Source: a virus. Taken from it: a stretch of DNA of 64,000 nucleotides. Positions 9,401-18,649 of the stretch are shown in pieces. The translations under genes and the position numbers were made by a program. Position 1 is the first letter of the stretch, and every line of letters starts with the position of its first letter. The DNA is taken from the IMG/VR virus record IMGVR_UViG_3300021093_000007, one strand, 5' to 3'. The notes beneath the pieces were generated by a model. The model worked only from the letters and a program-made list of their open reading frames with translations, made no database searches and was not told the origin of the DNA.

Positions 9401-12305
9401 ACCACAAGTTGCACCATTCCAAAATCTTAGATTCTCTCAACCAGTCAAAAATCTATATCCACAACTTGATAGAGATAATCCAGATTCTGATCCAGACCAA
9501 ACCAGAACATTTGCTCTTCCATCACCACTGGGTCTGACAGAAATTAATAATCCACAAAATAGTATTACTAAAGAGGTTATTAATAAAAATATTCGTGATT
9601 TTGTTGTTGGATTTGGAATTGTTGAAATTCAATCAAGTTCTGGAACAGCACATACTATTAGAACTCAAAAAGATCATGGTTTAAACTTTATCACAAGAGT
9701 TGGAATTACTAGTGCTGGATCAAATTATGGTGATGGGTCTGGAAGTATTCAAACCCTATACAACGCAAGACTTGTTGGATTTGCTGGATCTACCGCTGGT
9801 AAATATGCAACTGCAAACATCGAAATTGATTCTGCTGGATCAATATCAGCAATTAAAATTGTAGAAGGTGGTTCTGCATTTGGTATTGGTAATACTTTAT
9901 CCGTTGTCGGTGTTGCTACTACTGCTGGGTGGGTCCCAGGATATGTTACCGTACTCAATATTCATAATAGTGTTGGTGACGTAATTAAAATTGATGGTAT
10001 TCGTGATAGTAGATTTACTGATTATAATAATGTTTACAGAATTCAAAGTATTGCAACAGGTGATGATGAAAATATACAAGTATCGTCATCGTCAACCATT
10101 TACGCTAGGTATCAGTATACTGGCATACAAGAAATTACTGGAATTAATACCAATGGTCTTAGCAATGTAAATGCCACTGTTTTATCTGATGTAACTGCTT
10201 ATGTTACTGGAGAGTCTATAGGAATTTCCTCACTTACATATAATAATGTTACTGGTATTGCTAGTGTAATTACAAACAAATCTCATGGATACTTAGTTGG
10301 AAATAGAATTAAATTCGGTGGATTTAATCAAGGAATTTATAATGGTGAATTTACTATTTCGGAAGTTTATAATGTAACAAGTTTTGCAGTAAATGTTGGC
10401 GTAGGTACAACAACAGCAATTGCTTCTGGATCTGGATTAGTTTACCCAATTGGATTTACTGCTCAGAACAGTGCAATAGATTTTGCAGATGAAGCATCAT
10501 CTTCAAGACTTGTTTATCAATATGCTGGTATTACGACAACATTAAATGTTGCTTTAACTGATCCTACCATTAATACCTTAACGGTAACTAATGCAACTCA
10601 CATGGGTTGGGATCTTGGTGATTATTTAATTGTAGATAATGAGATTATGCGTATTAGTGATTCTATCACTTCTAATACTGCAATTGATGTCTTCCGTGGA
10701 TTATTTGGAACTCAGAAGCAAACTCATGTTGTTGGTGCGGTTGTTAGAAAAGTTAGATTCAAACCAGTAGAATTTAGAAGAAACTCTATCATTCGTGCAT
10801 CTGGACATACCTTTGAATATCTTGGTTTTGGACCTGGTAACTACTCAACGGCATTACCAGAAAGACAAGATAGACAATTTAGAAGTGTTGAGAGAATTCT
10901 ATCTCAGTCTGTATCTGATAATGGTGGAACTCCATTCTATAATGGACTCGATGATAAGGGTAATGCTTATACAGTAACCAAGTTTACTAGTGGTGCAACT
11001 GGTCAGGATTTAATTACCAATGCCCCAATTCCAACGGTAAGAGGTGAAGACCTCACCAGTAATAGTGAAGCTATTGGTTTTGATGTTGATTTAACTGAAC
11101 AATTAACTGTTAGCAGAGGTCTTAAAGTTGATGGTGGCAAAGACAATAATATTGTCTCAGAATTTAATGGTCCAGCAGTATTCAATGAAAAAGTAACAAT
11201 TAATGATTCTGTTGAAGCAAACAGTTTGCTTGTCCAAGGTGATCAAATTATTGCTAGAGAATACACAATTGGAATTGCAACACCAGCAATTGCTGGTAAC
11301 GTTGGTAACGTTGTATTTGATGCAGAGCCACCATCTGGTGGAGAACTTGGATGGGTTTATACTAATGATAATGCTTGGAAGAAATTTGGACCTATTCAAT
11401 CTGAACCAGACAACTATTATGTTGGTCTGTGGAGTGGAACATTCCAGGGAGATGGATCTGGTCTATTCAACGTGTCTGACGTTTGGGTATTTGATGGTGT
11501 TGGTATTTCCACAATTACAAATGTGGGTATTGAGACCACTCAAGCAAAAGTTGGATATTCTCTTTATGTTGCTGGTCCAACATTATTTGAGAATAACGTT
11601 GAGTTTAGGGCACAATCATTAACTTGGAACATTACCAATGGATTCCTAGTTAATACTGGTATCAGCACGTTTAACCAACAAGTTAATCTTAATACCTTAA
11701 AGGTAATTGGTATCTCAACATTCCAAAATGATGTTCTGATTACAACTAATGCTGATACAACTGGTGATGTTAATGGTAATTATCTAAGATTCCAGCAAAC
11801 TGACCTTGCTCTCAATGCATCATATTTCTATGGTGGATTGAAGTTTGAGGGTAGAGATGTTGGTAACGATGGAGAGCGTGGATACATCAAGGGTGCATCT
11901 GAAGGAACTTCAGGTCAATTTGCTCTTATCTTTGGTACACAGGGTTCTGGTCCTTCTGCACCACAAGAGAGACTAAGGATCAACAATGCTGGTAATGCTA
12001 CGTTCTCTGGTACAGTTACTGCAAACTCTGATGAGAAACTTAAGGAGAATATTGTTGGTATTAGTAATGCACTTAGCAAAGTGCTTGATCTCAGAGGTGT
12101 ATACTTTAACCGTATTGGTCAAACTGAACGTGAGATTGGGGTTATTGCACAAGAAGTTGAAAAGGTCCTACCAGAACTGGTGCATGAGGGTCCTAATGGC
12201 ACTAAATCTGTTGCATACCAGAATATGGTTGCGGTTCTGATTGAAGCCATTAAGGAGCAGCAGCAGCAAATCAACGAACTCAAAGAACGACTGGACAATC
12301 TTTGA
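6486..12305 (+). CDS. Large tail fibre/structural protein with C-terminal intramolecular chaperone (peptidase S74)
   Basis: N-terminal LSRLDNFLK...RPFKTIQRALIEAARFSY typical of cyanophage fibres; C-terminal SDEKLKENI...GVIAQEVE...LIEAIKE coiled coil. Confidence 0.85.
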   Translation: MGLSRLDNFLKNSRGDILYVDPSCIDSTDSIENQGNSLVRPFKTIQRALIEAARFSYQKGFDNDRFSRTTIIVYPGEHIIDNRPGWIPIHNAPISGNNWLTRGGATSNDLTEFTLNSDFDIDSPENDLYKMNSVYGGVIIPRGTSIVGMDLRKTKIRPRFVPSPLDNTVDSTCLFRVTGTCYFYQFTFFDADPNSNVYKDYGTSKFVPNFSHHKLTCFEYADGVNPVKFNDTYLNYNTTRTDLDIYYQKIGLVYGPSSGRDISPDFPSASLDVQSKIDEFRIVGSKGQNVGISSIRAGDGSVSSKKITVDIVESVGGLDVDTPIRIEGIPSGGYNGSFVIKTVESSTRITYEVSSAPSNPLPAIVSGAPTLNIVVDSVTSASPYIFNCSLRSVYGMCGLHADGSKADGFKSMVVAQFTGIGLQKDDNAFVKYNAVSGVYEDSTAIANLHTNSSAVYKPAYENFHIKASNDAFLQLVSVFAIGYANHFVAESGGDHSITNSNSNFGARALVCRGFRNDAFPRDDTGYLTHILPPQRVENNEVTIEFAPIDVEKTISVGNTSRLYLYNEFNGNIPPKSVLEGYRIGAKHQDKLKVVINIGNVGVTKEAVIVMPNTQGTGNYEVTATKLSTVGRTAIGINSITSNIFTATEPHQFINGESVRILSDDGELPDGLRHNQVYYAITSGINTDQIKLAQTFNDTVSLSAITVNSKGGILQIESRVSDKKSGDVGHPIQYDSTIGQWFITVSASNNSIYSTIVGLGTASLGRATPKTFITRTPDNRSLEDRIYKVRYVIPRDSTVLGRPPEDAFIMQESGTTSGFTNPEIAKFKSIAPVVLSNTSELRNPRFISNANWDGNVGLASFTTEVPHELSVGSKVQIFNVVSTANTVGLANTGYNGVYTVVSRSHRREFTVGMTTNPGLFANNIDQRNTNLPRYERKEFNNTFYIYRKETVQEYVPNAKDGVYHLTLLDSSSSPQVAPFQNLRFSQPVKNLYPQLDRDNPDSDPDQTRTFALPSPLGLTEINNPQNSITKEVINKNIRDFVVGFGIVEIQSSSGTAHTIRTQKDHGLNFITRVGITSAGSNYGDGSGSIQTLYNARLVGFAGSTAGKYATANIEIDSAGSISAIKIVEGGSAFGIGNTLSVVGVATTAGWVPGYVTVLNIHNSVGDVIKIDGIRDSRFTDYNNVYRIQSIATGDDENIQVSSSSTIYARYQYTGIQEITGINTNGLSNVNATVLSDVTAYVTGESIGISSLTYNNVTGIASVITNKSHGYLVGNRIKFGGFNQGIYNGEFTISEVYNVTSFAVNVGVGTTTAIASGSGLVYPIGFTAQNSAIDFADEASSSRLVYQYAGITTTLNVALTDPTINTLTVTNATHMGWDLGDYLIVDNEIMRISDSITSNTAIDVFRGLFGTQKQTHVVGAVVRKVRFKPVEFRRNSIIRASGHTFEYLGFGPGNYSTALPERQDRQFRSVERILSQSVSDNGGTPFYNGLDDKGNAYTVTKFTSGATGQDLITNAPIPTVRGEDLTSNSEAIGFDVDLTEQLTVSRGLKVDGGKDNNIVSEFNGPAVFNEKVTINDSVEANSLLVQGDQIIAREYTIGIATPAIAGNVGNVVFDAEPPSGGELGWVYTNDNAWKKFGPIQSEPDNYYVGLWSGTFQGDGSGLFNVSDVWVFDGVGISTITNVGIETTQAKVGYSLYVAGPTLFENNVEFRAQSLTWNITNGFLVNTGISTFNQQVNLNTLKVIGISTFQNDVLITTNADTTGDVNGNYLRFQQTDLALNASYFYGGLKFEGRDVGNDGERGYIKGASEGTSGQFALIFGTQGSGPSAPQERLRINNAGNATFSGTVTANSDEKLKENIVGISNALSKVLDLRGVYFNRIGQTEREIGVIAQEVEKVLPELVHEGPNGTKSVAYQNMVAVLIEAIKEQQQQINELKERLDNL

Positions 12306-12312
12306 ATTGGAC

Positions 12313-12349
12313 GGGGGGTTGACAACCCCCCTTTTTTATGGTGTATAAT
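12313..12349 (+). terminator. Intrinsic terminator with overlapping promoter
   Basis: GGGGGGTT-GAC-AACCCCCC then T6; TTGACA across the hairpin apex, TATAAT at 12344 (19-nt spacer). Confidence 0.75.
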
Positions 12350-12377
12350 ACTTGAGTAGTTCACAAGCATACTATTC

Positions 12378-15300
12378 ATGGCTCTGGTCAACATTTATAT
12401 TGACACTCTTAAGAGCGGCGTTAATTCATTTAATTGTGGTCAAACTCAATTTAGTTATGAACAACGCCATAAAGACAGTGACTATGGTAAAGCAAAGCAA
12501 ACTCTTGCTCAAACCAAGGATGCATATGTTCAATGTGGATGGTGGGAAAAGGTATCAACACGTAAAGATGGTAAAGACCGTGGTCATGATAAGGTAATCC
12601 ATTCTTTTTTTGATACTCTTCCTGGAATTAAAAGGCTTGGCGGTCCTAATAGTGAGACCTTTGAGTTTGATCCTGAACTTTATACTCTTGATATGATTGT
12701 TCAGATGGTTCAAGAAAAATTCTTCTCTAATAAAGTACAAAAGTATGAAATATTTAACCCATTTCCTTTTCAGAATGAATTTTTGAAAAAAATTTCCAAT
12801 GCATGGAAGCAAAAGAAATATCTAGAGTTTCTTCTTTTTGCTAAATGTCGTGCTGGCAAATCAGTGATGGTTTTAAAGCACATTGTAGATAGTAATTATA
12901 AACTTTCGGTAATTTGTTCGCGTCAAAAGTCTCCTGAGGAATCTTGGAAGAAAGATTCTAAGCGGTTCTTTCCTACAATCAAGTATATTTCTGTTAAAGA
13001 TCTTTCTTGGGAAGTTCAACTTGAATATTGGATGAAGCGCGATGTTAATATTGTTCTTTGGGGAACAGTTCAAAGTATTATTAAGCGTCTTGATAAGATT
13101 TCTAATGTTGATTATCTTGCTTTTGATGAGTGTCATGTTGGTGGAACCGCCTCTCAATTTATAAAGGTTCGTGATACACTTAATACTCGTACTTGTTACA
13201 TCTCTGGTACTGCTCATAAAGTTTCTTGGATGTTCCCTGAAGATGACCAGAAGTTTGTTTATACTTATTTTGATGAACAACTTGATAGTCAAAAAGGAGT
13301 ATTTGAACGTCCACGTCCTAAAATGAATGTTGCTTTTGCAAAATATCAAACTTCTGCATATAAAGAATTGTTTGGTGATGATCCTGATGCGATGAAAAAT
13401 ATCTTTATCATGAAAGATGATAAGTTCCTTTATGAGTCTCTTGTTCGTGAGTTTATTCATAATTATTTTGGTCCTCAACGGGAGATTCGCATTGGAGAAC
13501 GTCTTTTTAAAGGAACCTATCATATGATGGCAATGCCTAATGTTAAAGCATGTCACGCTTTCCAAGAATTGGTAAATTGTTATTACCCCGCTCTGGTTGT
13601 TACATCCGATACTACAAATGGACCAGATGATATCAATCGTTTTTTGAAAGAACATTCTAAAGCATTAATTCTTACACAATCTGCAAATGTTCTTGGTTTA
13701 ACCGCGAAAAAAATTGATACTGTTATTAATTGTCGTGGAGGAGATTCAATTGAGTTCTGGACTCAGTTTGCCTTTCGTGGTGGTTCTGGTGACCATGATT
13801 GGTGGGTAATTGATTTTGATGCTCAACGTTGTCTTCGTGTAATTCATGAGGCTTTTCAACTTGCATGTGACAATAATCCAACGCTTTCACAATATAGCGT
13901 GGTTGATTTTACTAATATTCATGAATGGAACAATGGATTTCAACTGCTTTCCAAAGAGATGCTTCAAGATGCCCTCTCTGCAGACACTGAAGTAACTATT
14001 TCTACTATTACTAGCATCCTGGAATCTTTGGATTTTACTAAACTTAATGATTTTAATTTGAAGATTAAGTCTGCTATTACTACCATGATGAAGGAATCGC
14101 AACTCAATGATCAAGGTGCTAATAACAAGAGTTGTATTGTTCGGGAGATTGAACGGGTAAAAAAGATTGATGATTTTGATGAGTTGAAGAAACAAACCGT
14201 CAAGGCATTACTTGAGTCTATTCCTTTGACTATTTTCTACATTATCCGTAATGGACAAAACGTGTATTCAATTAATGATGTGATTGGTTCTGAAATTTAT
14301 CCTTTTGTTACTGGTGATTATGAAGGTATTTTAGAAGAAGTCGTTCGCCAAAATTCGCATATTGTTCAAACTCTTACTCGTCGTATTGGTGTTGTTTCTA
14401 ATATCATTCAAACAAGTATGAGGGATTCTGTATCTAATACAATTAATGAATTTTCAGTATCTTCACAAACTCAAAAGCATATCCCCACAAATCTTTTGGA
14501 TTCTATGATTGATGACTGTAAGGATTTGTCTCAAACTTATATGTTTGGTGATCCCAGCGGATCTCATACTGCCCGTCTTCTTGAGCGTGGAATTGATTCT
14601 CAGGATCTTACTGTTTGGGAGAGTTGCGATAGTCATCGAAATCGTGTAAAATATATTGATAATCGTGTAAAAGTGGTTGATTCTCATCCGAATATGAAAT
14701 TTACTACTATTCTTGCTAATCCCCCATATAATGATCCTGCCGCTAAGGCAAAGAACAATAAACTCTGGCCTAAAATTGTTAAACAACACCTTGAGTTGCT
14801 TGCTCCTGGTGGAGATCTGTGTGAGGTAACTCCTGCTTCTGTTCTTGGCATCACTGGAGAGTTTAAAAAGTTTCTTAAACTCTTCTCTACGGTTTATAAT
14901 CTTAAACTGATTGATTATACTGCAGATGATTATTTTACTGAAAAAGTATCTATTTGTCGTTGGCATCTTGTCAATGAACCTTATCAAGGTAAAACTACTG
15001 TAATTACTAAAGAAGGTACGTTTGAATGGGATCTTCGTGATGGAGTTCCTATGTTTGGTGATGATGTTCTTAAAAAATCTATTCTTCTAAAAATTGCTAA
15101 TTCAAATCATCCTCGGATTCCTTTGAAGATGGGTCAAGCAATCGCCAAAGAAGACCATACCCCTGACGGAAAATATGAAGTATTTCACACTTCTAAAAAA
15201 ATAGCGAGGACTGATATAGTTCCTACAACTGGGGATATATTGAAATTTATTGTTCCATTCTCCTCCACTTATAAGAAAGGAGGTATTTTTATCTCTAATG

Positions 15301-15545
15301 GACATGTAGGTATGCTTAATTGTTGGTGCCCTATCCCTTCTGAAGAAGAAGGAAATCGTCTAAGCAAAATCTTTGATCTTAAAATCATTCAATTTTATAT
15401 TGATAATTATAAAAAAACCACTGGATTCACTGCTGCCATTAAAAATGGTGAAGTGCCTGAAATTACAGACTATAATAATCTGTCTGAACAGTTTGGGTTT
15501 ACTGGAGAAGAAGTTGATTATCTGAAGCGTATTAATGTCCTCTAA
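12378..15545 (+). CDS. Fused putative nuclease / SF2 helicase / amino-methyltransferase (restriction-modification-like)
   Basis: GIY-YIG/T5orf172-like N-terminus (IYID..GQT..R..DKVIH..ETF), Walker A AKCRAGKS, DECH, ILANPPY motif IV. Confidence 0.75.
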   Translation: MALVNIYIDTLKSGVNSFNCGQTQFSYEQRHKDSDYGKAKQTLAQTKDAYVQCGWWEKVSTRKDGKDRGHDKVIHSFFDTLPGIKRLGGPNSETFEFDPELYTLDMIVQMVQEKFFSNKVQKYEIFNPFPFQNEFLKKISNAWKQKKYLEFLLFAKCRAGKSVMVLKHIVDSNYKLSVICSRQKSPEESWKKDSKRFFPTIKYISVKDLSWEVQLEYWMKRDVNIVLWGTVQSIIKRLDKISNVDYLAFDECHVGGTASQFIKVRDTLNTRTCYISGTAHKVSWMFPEDDQKFVYTYFDEQLDSQKGVFERPRPKMNVAFAKYQTSAYKELFGDDPDAMKNIFIMKDDKFLYESLVREFIHNYFGPQREIRIGERLFKGTYHMMAMPNVKACHAFQELVNCYYPALVVTSDTTNGPDDINRFLKEHSKALILTQSANVLGLTAKKIDTVINCRGGDSIEFWTQFAFRGGSGDHDWWVIDFDAQRCLRVIHEAFQLACDNNPTLSQYSVVDFTNIHEWNNGFQLLSKEMLQDALSADTEVTISTITSILESLDFTKLNDFNLKIKSAITTMMKESQLNDQGANNKSCIVREIERVKKIDDFDELKKQTVKALLESIPLTIFYIIRNGQNVYSINDVIGSEIYPFVTGDYEGILEEVVRQNSHIVQTLTRRIGVVSNIIQTSMRDSVSNTINEFSVSSQTQKHIPTNLLDSMIDDCKDLSQTYMFGDPSGSHTARLLERGIDSQDLTVWESCDSHRNRVKYIDNRVKVVDSHPNMKFTTILANPPYNDPAAKAKNNKLWPKIVKQHLELLAPGGDLCEVTPASVLGITGEFKKFLKLFSTVYNLKLIDYTADDYFTEKVSICRWHLVNEPYQGKTTVITKEGTFEWDLRDGVPMFGDDVLKKSILLKIANSNHPRIPLKMGQAIAKEDHTPDGKYEVFHTSKKIARTDIVPTTGDILKFIVPFSSTYKKGGIFISNGHVGMLNCWCPIPSEEEGNRLSKIFDLKIIQFYIDNYKKTTGFTAAIKNGEVPEITDYNNLSEQFGFTGEEVDYLKRINVL

Positions 15546-15951
15546 AAATAAACACAATAAACTTTATGGATCTAAATTAGATAGATCTGACGAACGGATT
15601 AAGAAGACTCAGGAGGTTTTTACTCCTCCTGAGTTGATTGATAAAATGATTGCTGAGATACCAGAAGAAGTTCTTAGGAATCCAAATTCTACTTTTATTG
15701 ATAACTGTGCTGGAGATGGTAACTTCTTAATTCAACTACTTAAAGCTCTTAGGAAGTATCATTCAGAGCAACATATTGTCGATAATATGTTATATGCTGT
15801 GGAGTTGATGGAAGACAATCATAAAGAGTTGTGTCGTAGACTTGACGTTCCAACAGATCACCCGCATTATGTGTGCTATAATGCCCTTGAGTATCATTAT
15901 CGATTTGATGGTACAATGGGCCCAATCACCATTGACCAATTCTTGAACTGA
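15535..15951 (+). CDS. DNA methyltransferase N-terminal (SAM-binding) half
   Basis: QEVFTPPELIDKM (motif X) and FIDNCAGDGNF (motif I); no NPPY. Confidence 0.75.
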   Translation: MSSKNKHNKLYGSKLDRSDERIKKTQEVFTPPELIDKMIAEIPEEVLRNPNSTFIDNCAGDGNFLIQLLKALRKYHSEQHIVDNMLYAVELMEDNHKELCRRLDVPTDHPHYVCYNALEYHYRFDGTMGPITIDQFLN

Positions 15952-15991
15952 CCACTCATCAGAGGTTGGTCGGTAATTTTTGCTGTATAAT
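15933..15991 (+). promoter_or_regulatory. 22-bp inverted-repeat promoter cassette
   Basis: TGACCAA-N8-CTGACCA then TATAAT at 15986. Confidence 0.6.
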
Positions 15992-16003
15992 ATTCCTATC
16001 GTT

Positions 16004-17242
16004 ATGACACCCATGCAACTCCGTCCTCACCAGTCCGAAGCACTTGCCATCATGGAGCGCATCCTCAAGGGGATGATCGTAATCCCCACTGGCGGTGGTA
16101 AGTCCCTGGTGGCGATCATGGATGCTGTTCGTCAGTTCATGTCTGGCGATAAGACTATCGTGGTCGTTGCACCTAGGTTGATGCTCGCTCGTCAGTTGTC
16201 TGCCGAGTTTGCTGAGCATATTACTAATGCATCGATTATGCATGTTCACTCTAATGCCGATCTTCCCTATTTTACAACGACTAAACCAAATCAAATCTTC
16301 TCCTGGTGCTATCACACCAAAGGTAACAAGTTGATCTTTACTACCTATCAGTCTTTGCATCGCATTCAGGAGGCAAACATTGCTGTAGATACGATTTACT
16401 ATGATGAAGCGCACAATTCAGTCAAAAAAAGTTTTTATCCTTTCGTCAAGTATTTCTCTTCTGCTGCTAACCGCAGTTATTTCTTCACTGCTACTCCTAA
16501 GTATTCTGCCACTGCTTCCAAACCTGGAATGAACGACACTGATGTGTATGGTGGCATTATCTACAATGTTCCTGCTCCACGCCTGGTTAATAACGGTTCC
16601 ATTCTTCCTCCCAAGATCAATGCCATCAACGTTGGCAGCATCCGTCTGAAGGGCGAGGAAGCAGCAGAGAGGGACTGTATGACCCTTCTGGACACTATTT
16701 ACAATGAAGACCACATGGAGAAGGTTCTGATTGCTGCTCCTAACACCAAGGTGATGATCCGTATGCTTGCTGAGACTGACTTCATGAAGGAAGTTCAGTC
16801 CATGGGATATGATCTCCTTTGGATCACCAGCAAGCATGGTGCATTCTTGAATGATCAGAAGATTACTCGTGAGCACTTCTTCCAACTCATCAAAGAGTTT
16901 GGTGCTGACCCTGACAAAAAGTTCATTGTTCTGCACTATTCTATTCTGAGTGAAGGTATCTCTGTCCCTGGTTTGACTTCTCTGGTGCTTATGCGTCAGA
17001 TGAACGTCATTGAGATGTGTCAGTCTGTTGGTCGTGTTATTCGTCTTCATCTTGATGACGTAAAGCGTATTCAACAAGGCACTCTTACTCCTGGTAAACT
17101 CCAGGATTACACTAAGTCCTTTGGTCTTGTCCATGTTCCTGTTTACAGCAACGTGGGTATTGCCACGGTCAAGCGTCTACAAAACGTTGTGGACACCGTG
17201 TTTGTTGAAGGTCAACCTGCTATTGCTACTATTAAACGATGA
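16004..17242 (+). CDS. SF2 DEAD/DEAH-like helicase (Res-type)
   Basis: LRPHQ Q-motif, PTGGGKS, DEAH, TATP, SEGIS, QSVGRVIR. Confidence 0.88.
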   Translation: MTPMQLRPHQSEALAIMERILKGMIVIPTGGGKSLVAIMDAVRQFMSGDKTIVVVAPRLMLARQLSAEFAEHITNASIMHVHSNADLPYFTTTKPNQIFSWCYHTKGNKLIFTTYQSLHRIQEANIAVDTIYYDEAHNSVKKSFYPFVKYFSSAANRSYFFTATPKYSATASKPGMNDTDVYGGIIYNVPAPRLVNNGSILPPKINAINVGSIRLKGEEAAERDCMTLLDTIYNEDHMEKVLIAAPNTKVMIRMLAETDFMKEVQSMGYDLLWITSKHGAFLNDQKITREHFFQLIKEFGADPDKKFIVLHYSILSEGISVPGLTSLVLMRQMNVIEMCQSVGRVIRLHLDDVKRIQQGTLTPGKLQDYTKSFGLVHVPVYSNVGIATVKRLQNVVDTVFVEGQPAIATIKR

Positions 17243-17412
17243 AAGAAGGATTTATTACTGACGATGGATACGCTGCTGTTCCATTTGGCAATCAATTGAT
17301 GATTATTTACAATGGGCAGCAATTGGATGTTTGTAGAACTGTTCAATCTGCACACAATTATATTAAAAAACATCGAACACAACCTCAATCTGGAACGGTA
17401 TTTGTAAAATGA
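17239..17412 (+). CDS. Small hypothetical protein
   Basis: 57-aa ORF read manually; ATGA overlaps at both ends. Confidence 0.6.
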   Translation: MKEGFITDDGYAAVPFGNQLMIIYNGQQLDVCRTVQSAHNYIKKHRTQPQSGTVFVK

Positions 17413-17603
17413 AAACAAAATTTATTTGCTTATCTCCAATCAGTAAGGAAGCAAAATCTCAGTTTACTCTTGATATGCTACGGTTCCATTCTTGCAGAGT
17501 TAAAAATGAAGATGATGATCGCTACTATGTTGAATCTTTGAATAAAACGTGCTATTTTTGGGTAAATAAAGTATCTGATCCAAACTGGAGGATCGAAAAA
17601 TGA
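17409..17603 (+). CDS. Small hypothetical protein (paralog family A)
   Basis: PISKEAK...YFWVN..DPNW shared with 33388 and 53983. Confidence 0.65.
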   Translation: MKTKFICLSPISKEAKSQFTLDMLRFHSCRVKNEDDDRYYVESLNKTCYFWVNKVSDPNWRIEK

Positions 17604-17824
17604 AAATGGAACCAATCTCAGATCCAACTGCTCTGGTTAAAATTACAGTTGACAAAGAAGGACTCAAGACGATGATTCAAGCTGCTATCTGTGCAATCAG
17701 ATATGCTGAAGATTGGAACTTTGGGGATGAATATGATATGGCAGTAACTCCATATCATGATATGAGAGATCGTCTGATTGAAAAATATAAAGAGGTTTAT
17801 GCTGATGAAAATTTCACAATCTGA
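17600..17824 (+). CDS. Hypothetical protein
   Basis: ORF track, GGAGG SD. Confidence 0.55.
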   Translation: MKMEPISDPTALVKITVDKEGLKTMIQAAICAIRYAEDWNFGDEYDMAVTPYHDMRDRLIEKYKEVYADENFTI

Positions 17825-17990
17825 ACTGATACATCTAAAGATTCAAGCAGCAATGCGCGAAAAGTATTTTGATGAAGAACAAATGAAATATTTGGGAGTT
17901 CGTGATGGAGAACATTGGTATCTTGTTGCCAATGAGCACGAGGTTCCAGTATCAGCAATTGAAGAGTTTGATCAAGTTGAAGATGAATGA
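17799..17990 (+). CDS. Hypothetical protein
   Basis: ORF track, GAGG SD before the ATG. Confidence 0.55.
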   Translation: MLMKISQSELIHLKIQAAMREKYFDEEQMKYLGVRDGEHWYLVANEHEVPVSAIEEFDQVEDE

Positions 17991-18465
17991 ATTTTTAGTA
18001 GAGGATGAAGTAAGTAATTACTTTAATCTTCTACTTGAATTTGTTTCTAATTATCCAGAAGTTTTTAGAGATGAGAAGCAGAGTTCTTTGATTGGAAACT
18101 GTTTTTATACTTTAAATCTTTTGAATTATATTGATACGGAAATCTTTTATAACTATATTGATAAACTTCGTTTGTTATGTGAGGATTTTTCAAATAGACA
18201 ATTAAAGTATTTTTACGTTCATATGATTAATTACGAAAATGGTGGTAGAATGCACGTACATAAACATGATCATAATGAAGATTATAGTTTTATACTTTAC
18301 TTGAATTCTTGTAATGATGGAGAAACCATCCTTCATACAACTGAAGGTGAATATAAAGTTACTCCTGAAAGAAATAAAGTATTGCTATTTCCTTCAAACA
18401 TACCACATTCAGCAGCATACTCTAAATCTAAAAGAGTTCTTGTTGGTGGATTAAAAATTAACTAA
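17983..18465 (+). CDS. 2OG-Fe(II) oxygenase
   Basis: HVHKHD..EDYSFILYLN..GET...LLFPSNIPHSA..R. Confidence 0.72.
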   Translation: MNEFLVEDEVSNYFNLLLEFVSNYPEVFRDEKQSSLIGNCFYTLNLLNYIDTEIFYNYIDKLRLLCEDFSNRQLKYFYVHMINYENGGRMHVHKHDHNEDYSFILYLNSCNDGETILHTTEGEYKVTPERNKVLLFPSNIPHSAAYSKSKRVLVGGLKIN

Positions 18466-18471
18466 AAAATT

Positions 18472-18648
18472 ATGGAAAAACAACAAAAAAGACGCGATGC
18501 ATTTAATCTTTTTTATGAAAGCGTCTTAAAACCAGATCATGAGTTGCGTGAAGTTGCTCATGAGCAACAGTGTTATTATGAGTTGATGGATTGGAGACAA
18601 GAAATACTTACATATTTGGATAAACGAAGAATAGAAGAATTTAATTGA
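18472..18648 (+). CDS. Conserved small cyanophage protein
   Basis: 58-aa ORF read manually (FYESVLKPDHELRE). Confidence 0.6.
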   Translation: MEKQQKRRDAFNLFYESVLKPDHELREVAHEQQCYYELMDWRQEILTYLDKRRIEEFN

Positions 18649-18649
18649 T

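Noticed and set aside
12555-17134. Long minus-strand ORFs (12873, 14463, 15959, 16418)
   Set aside because: Antisense shadows of well-supported helicase and MTase genes.
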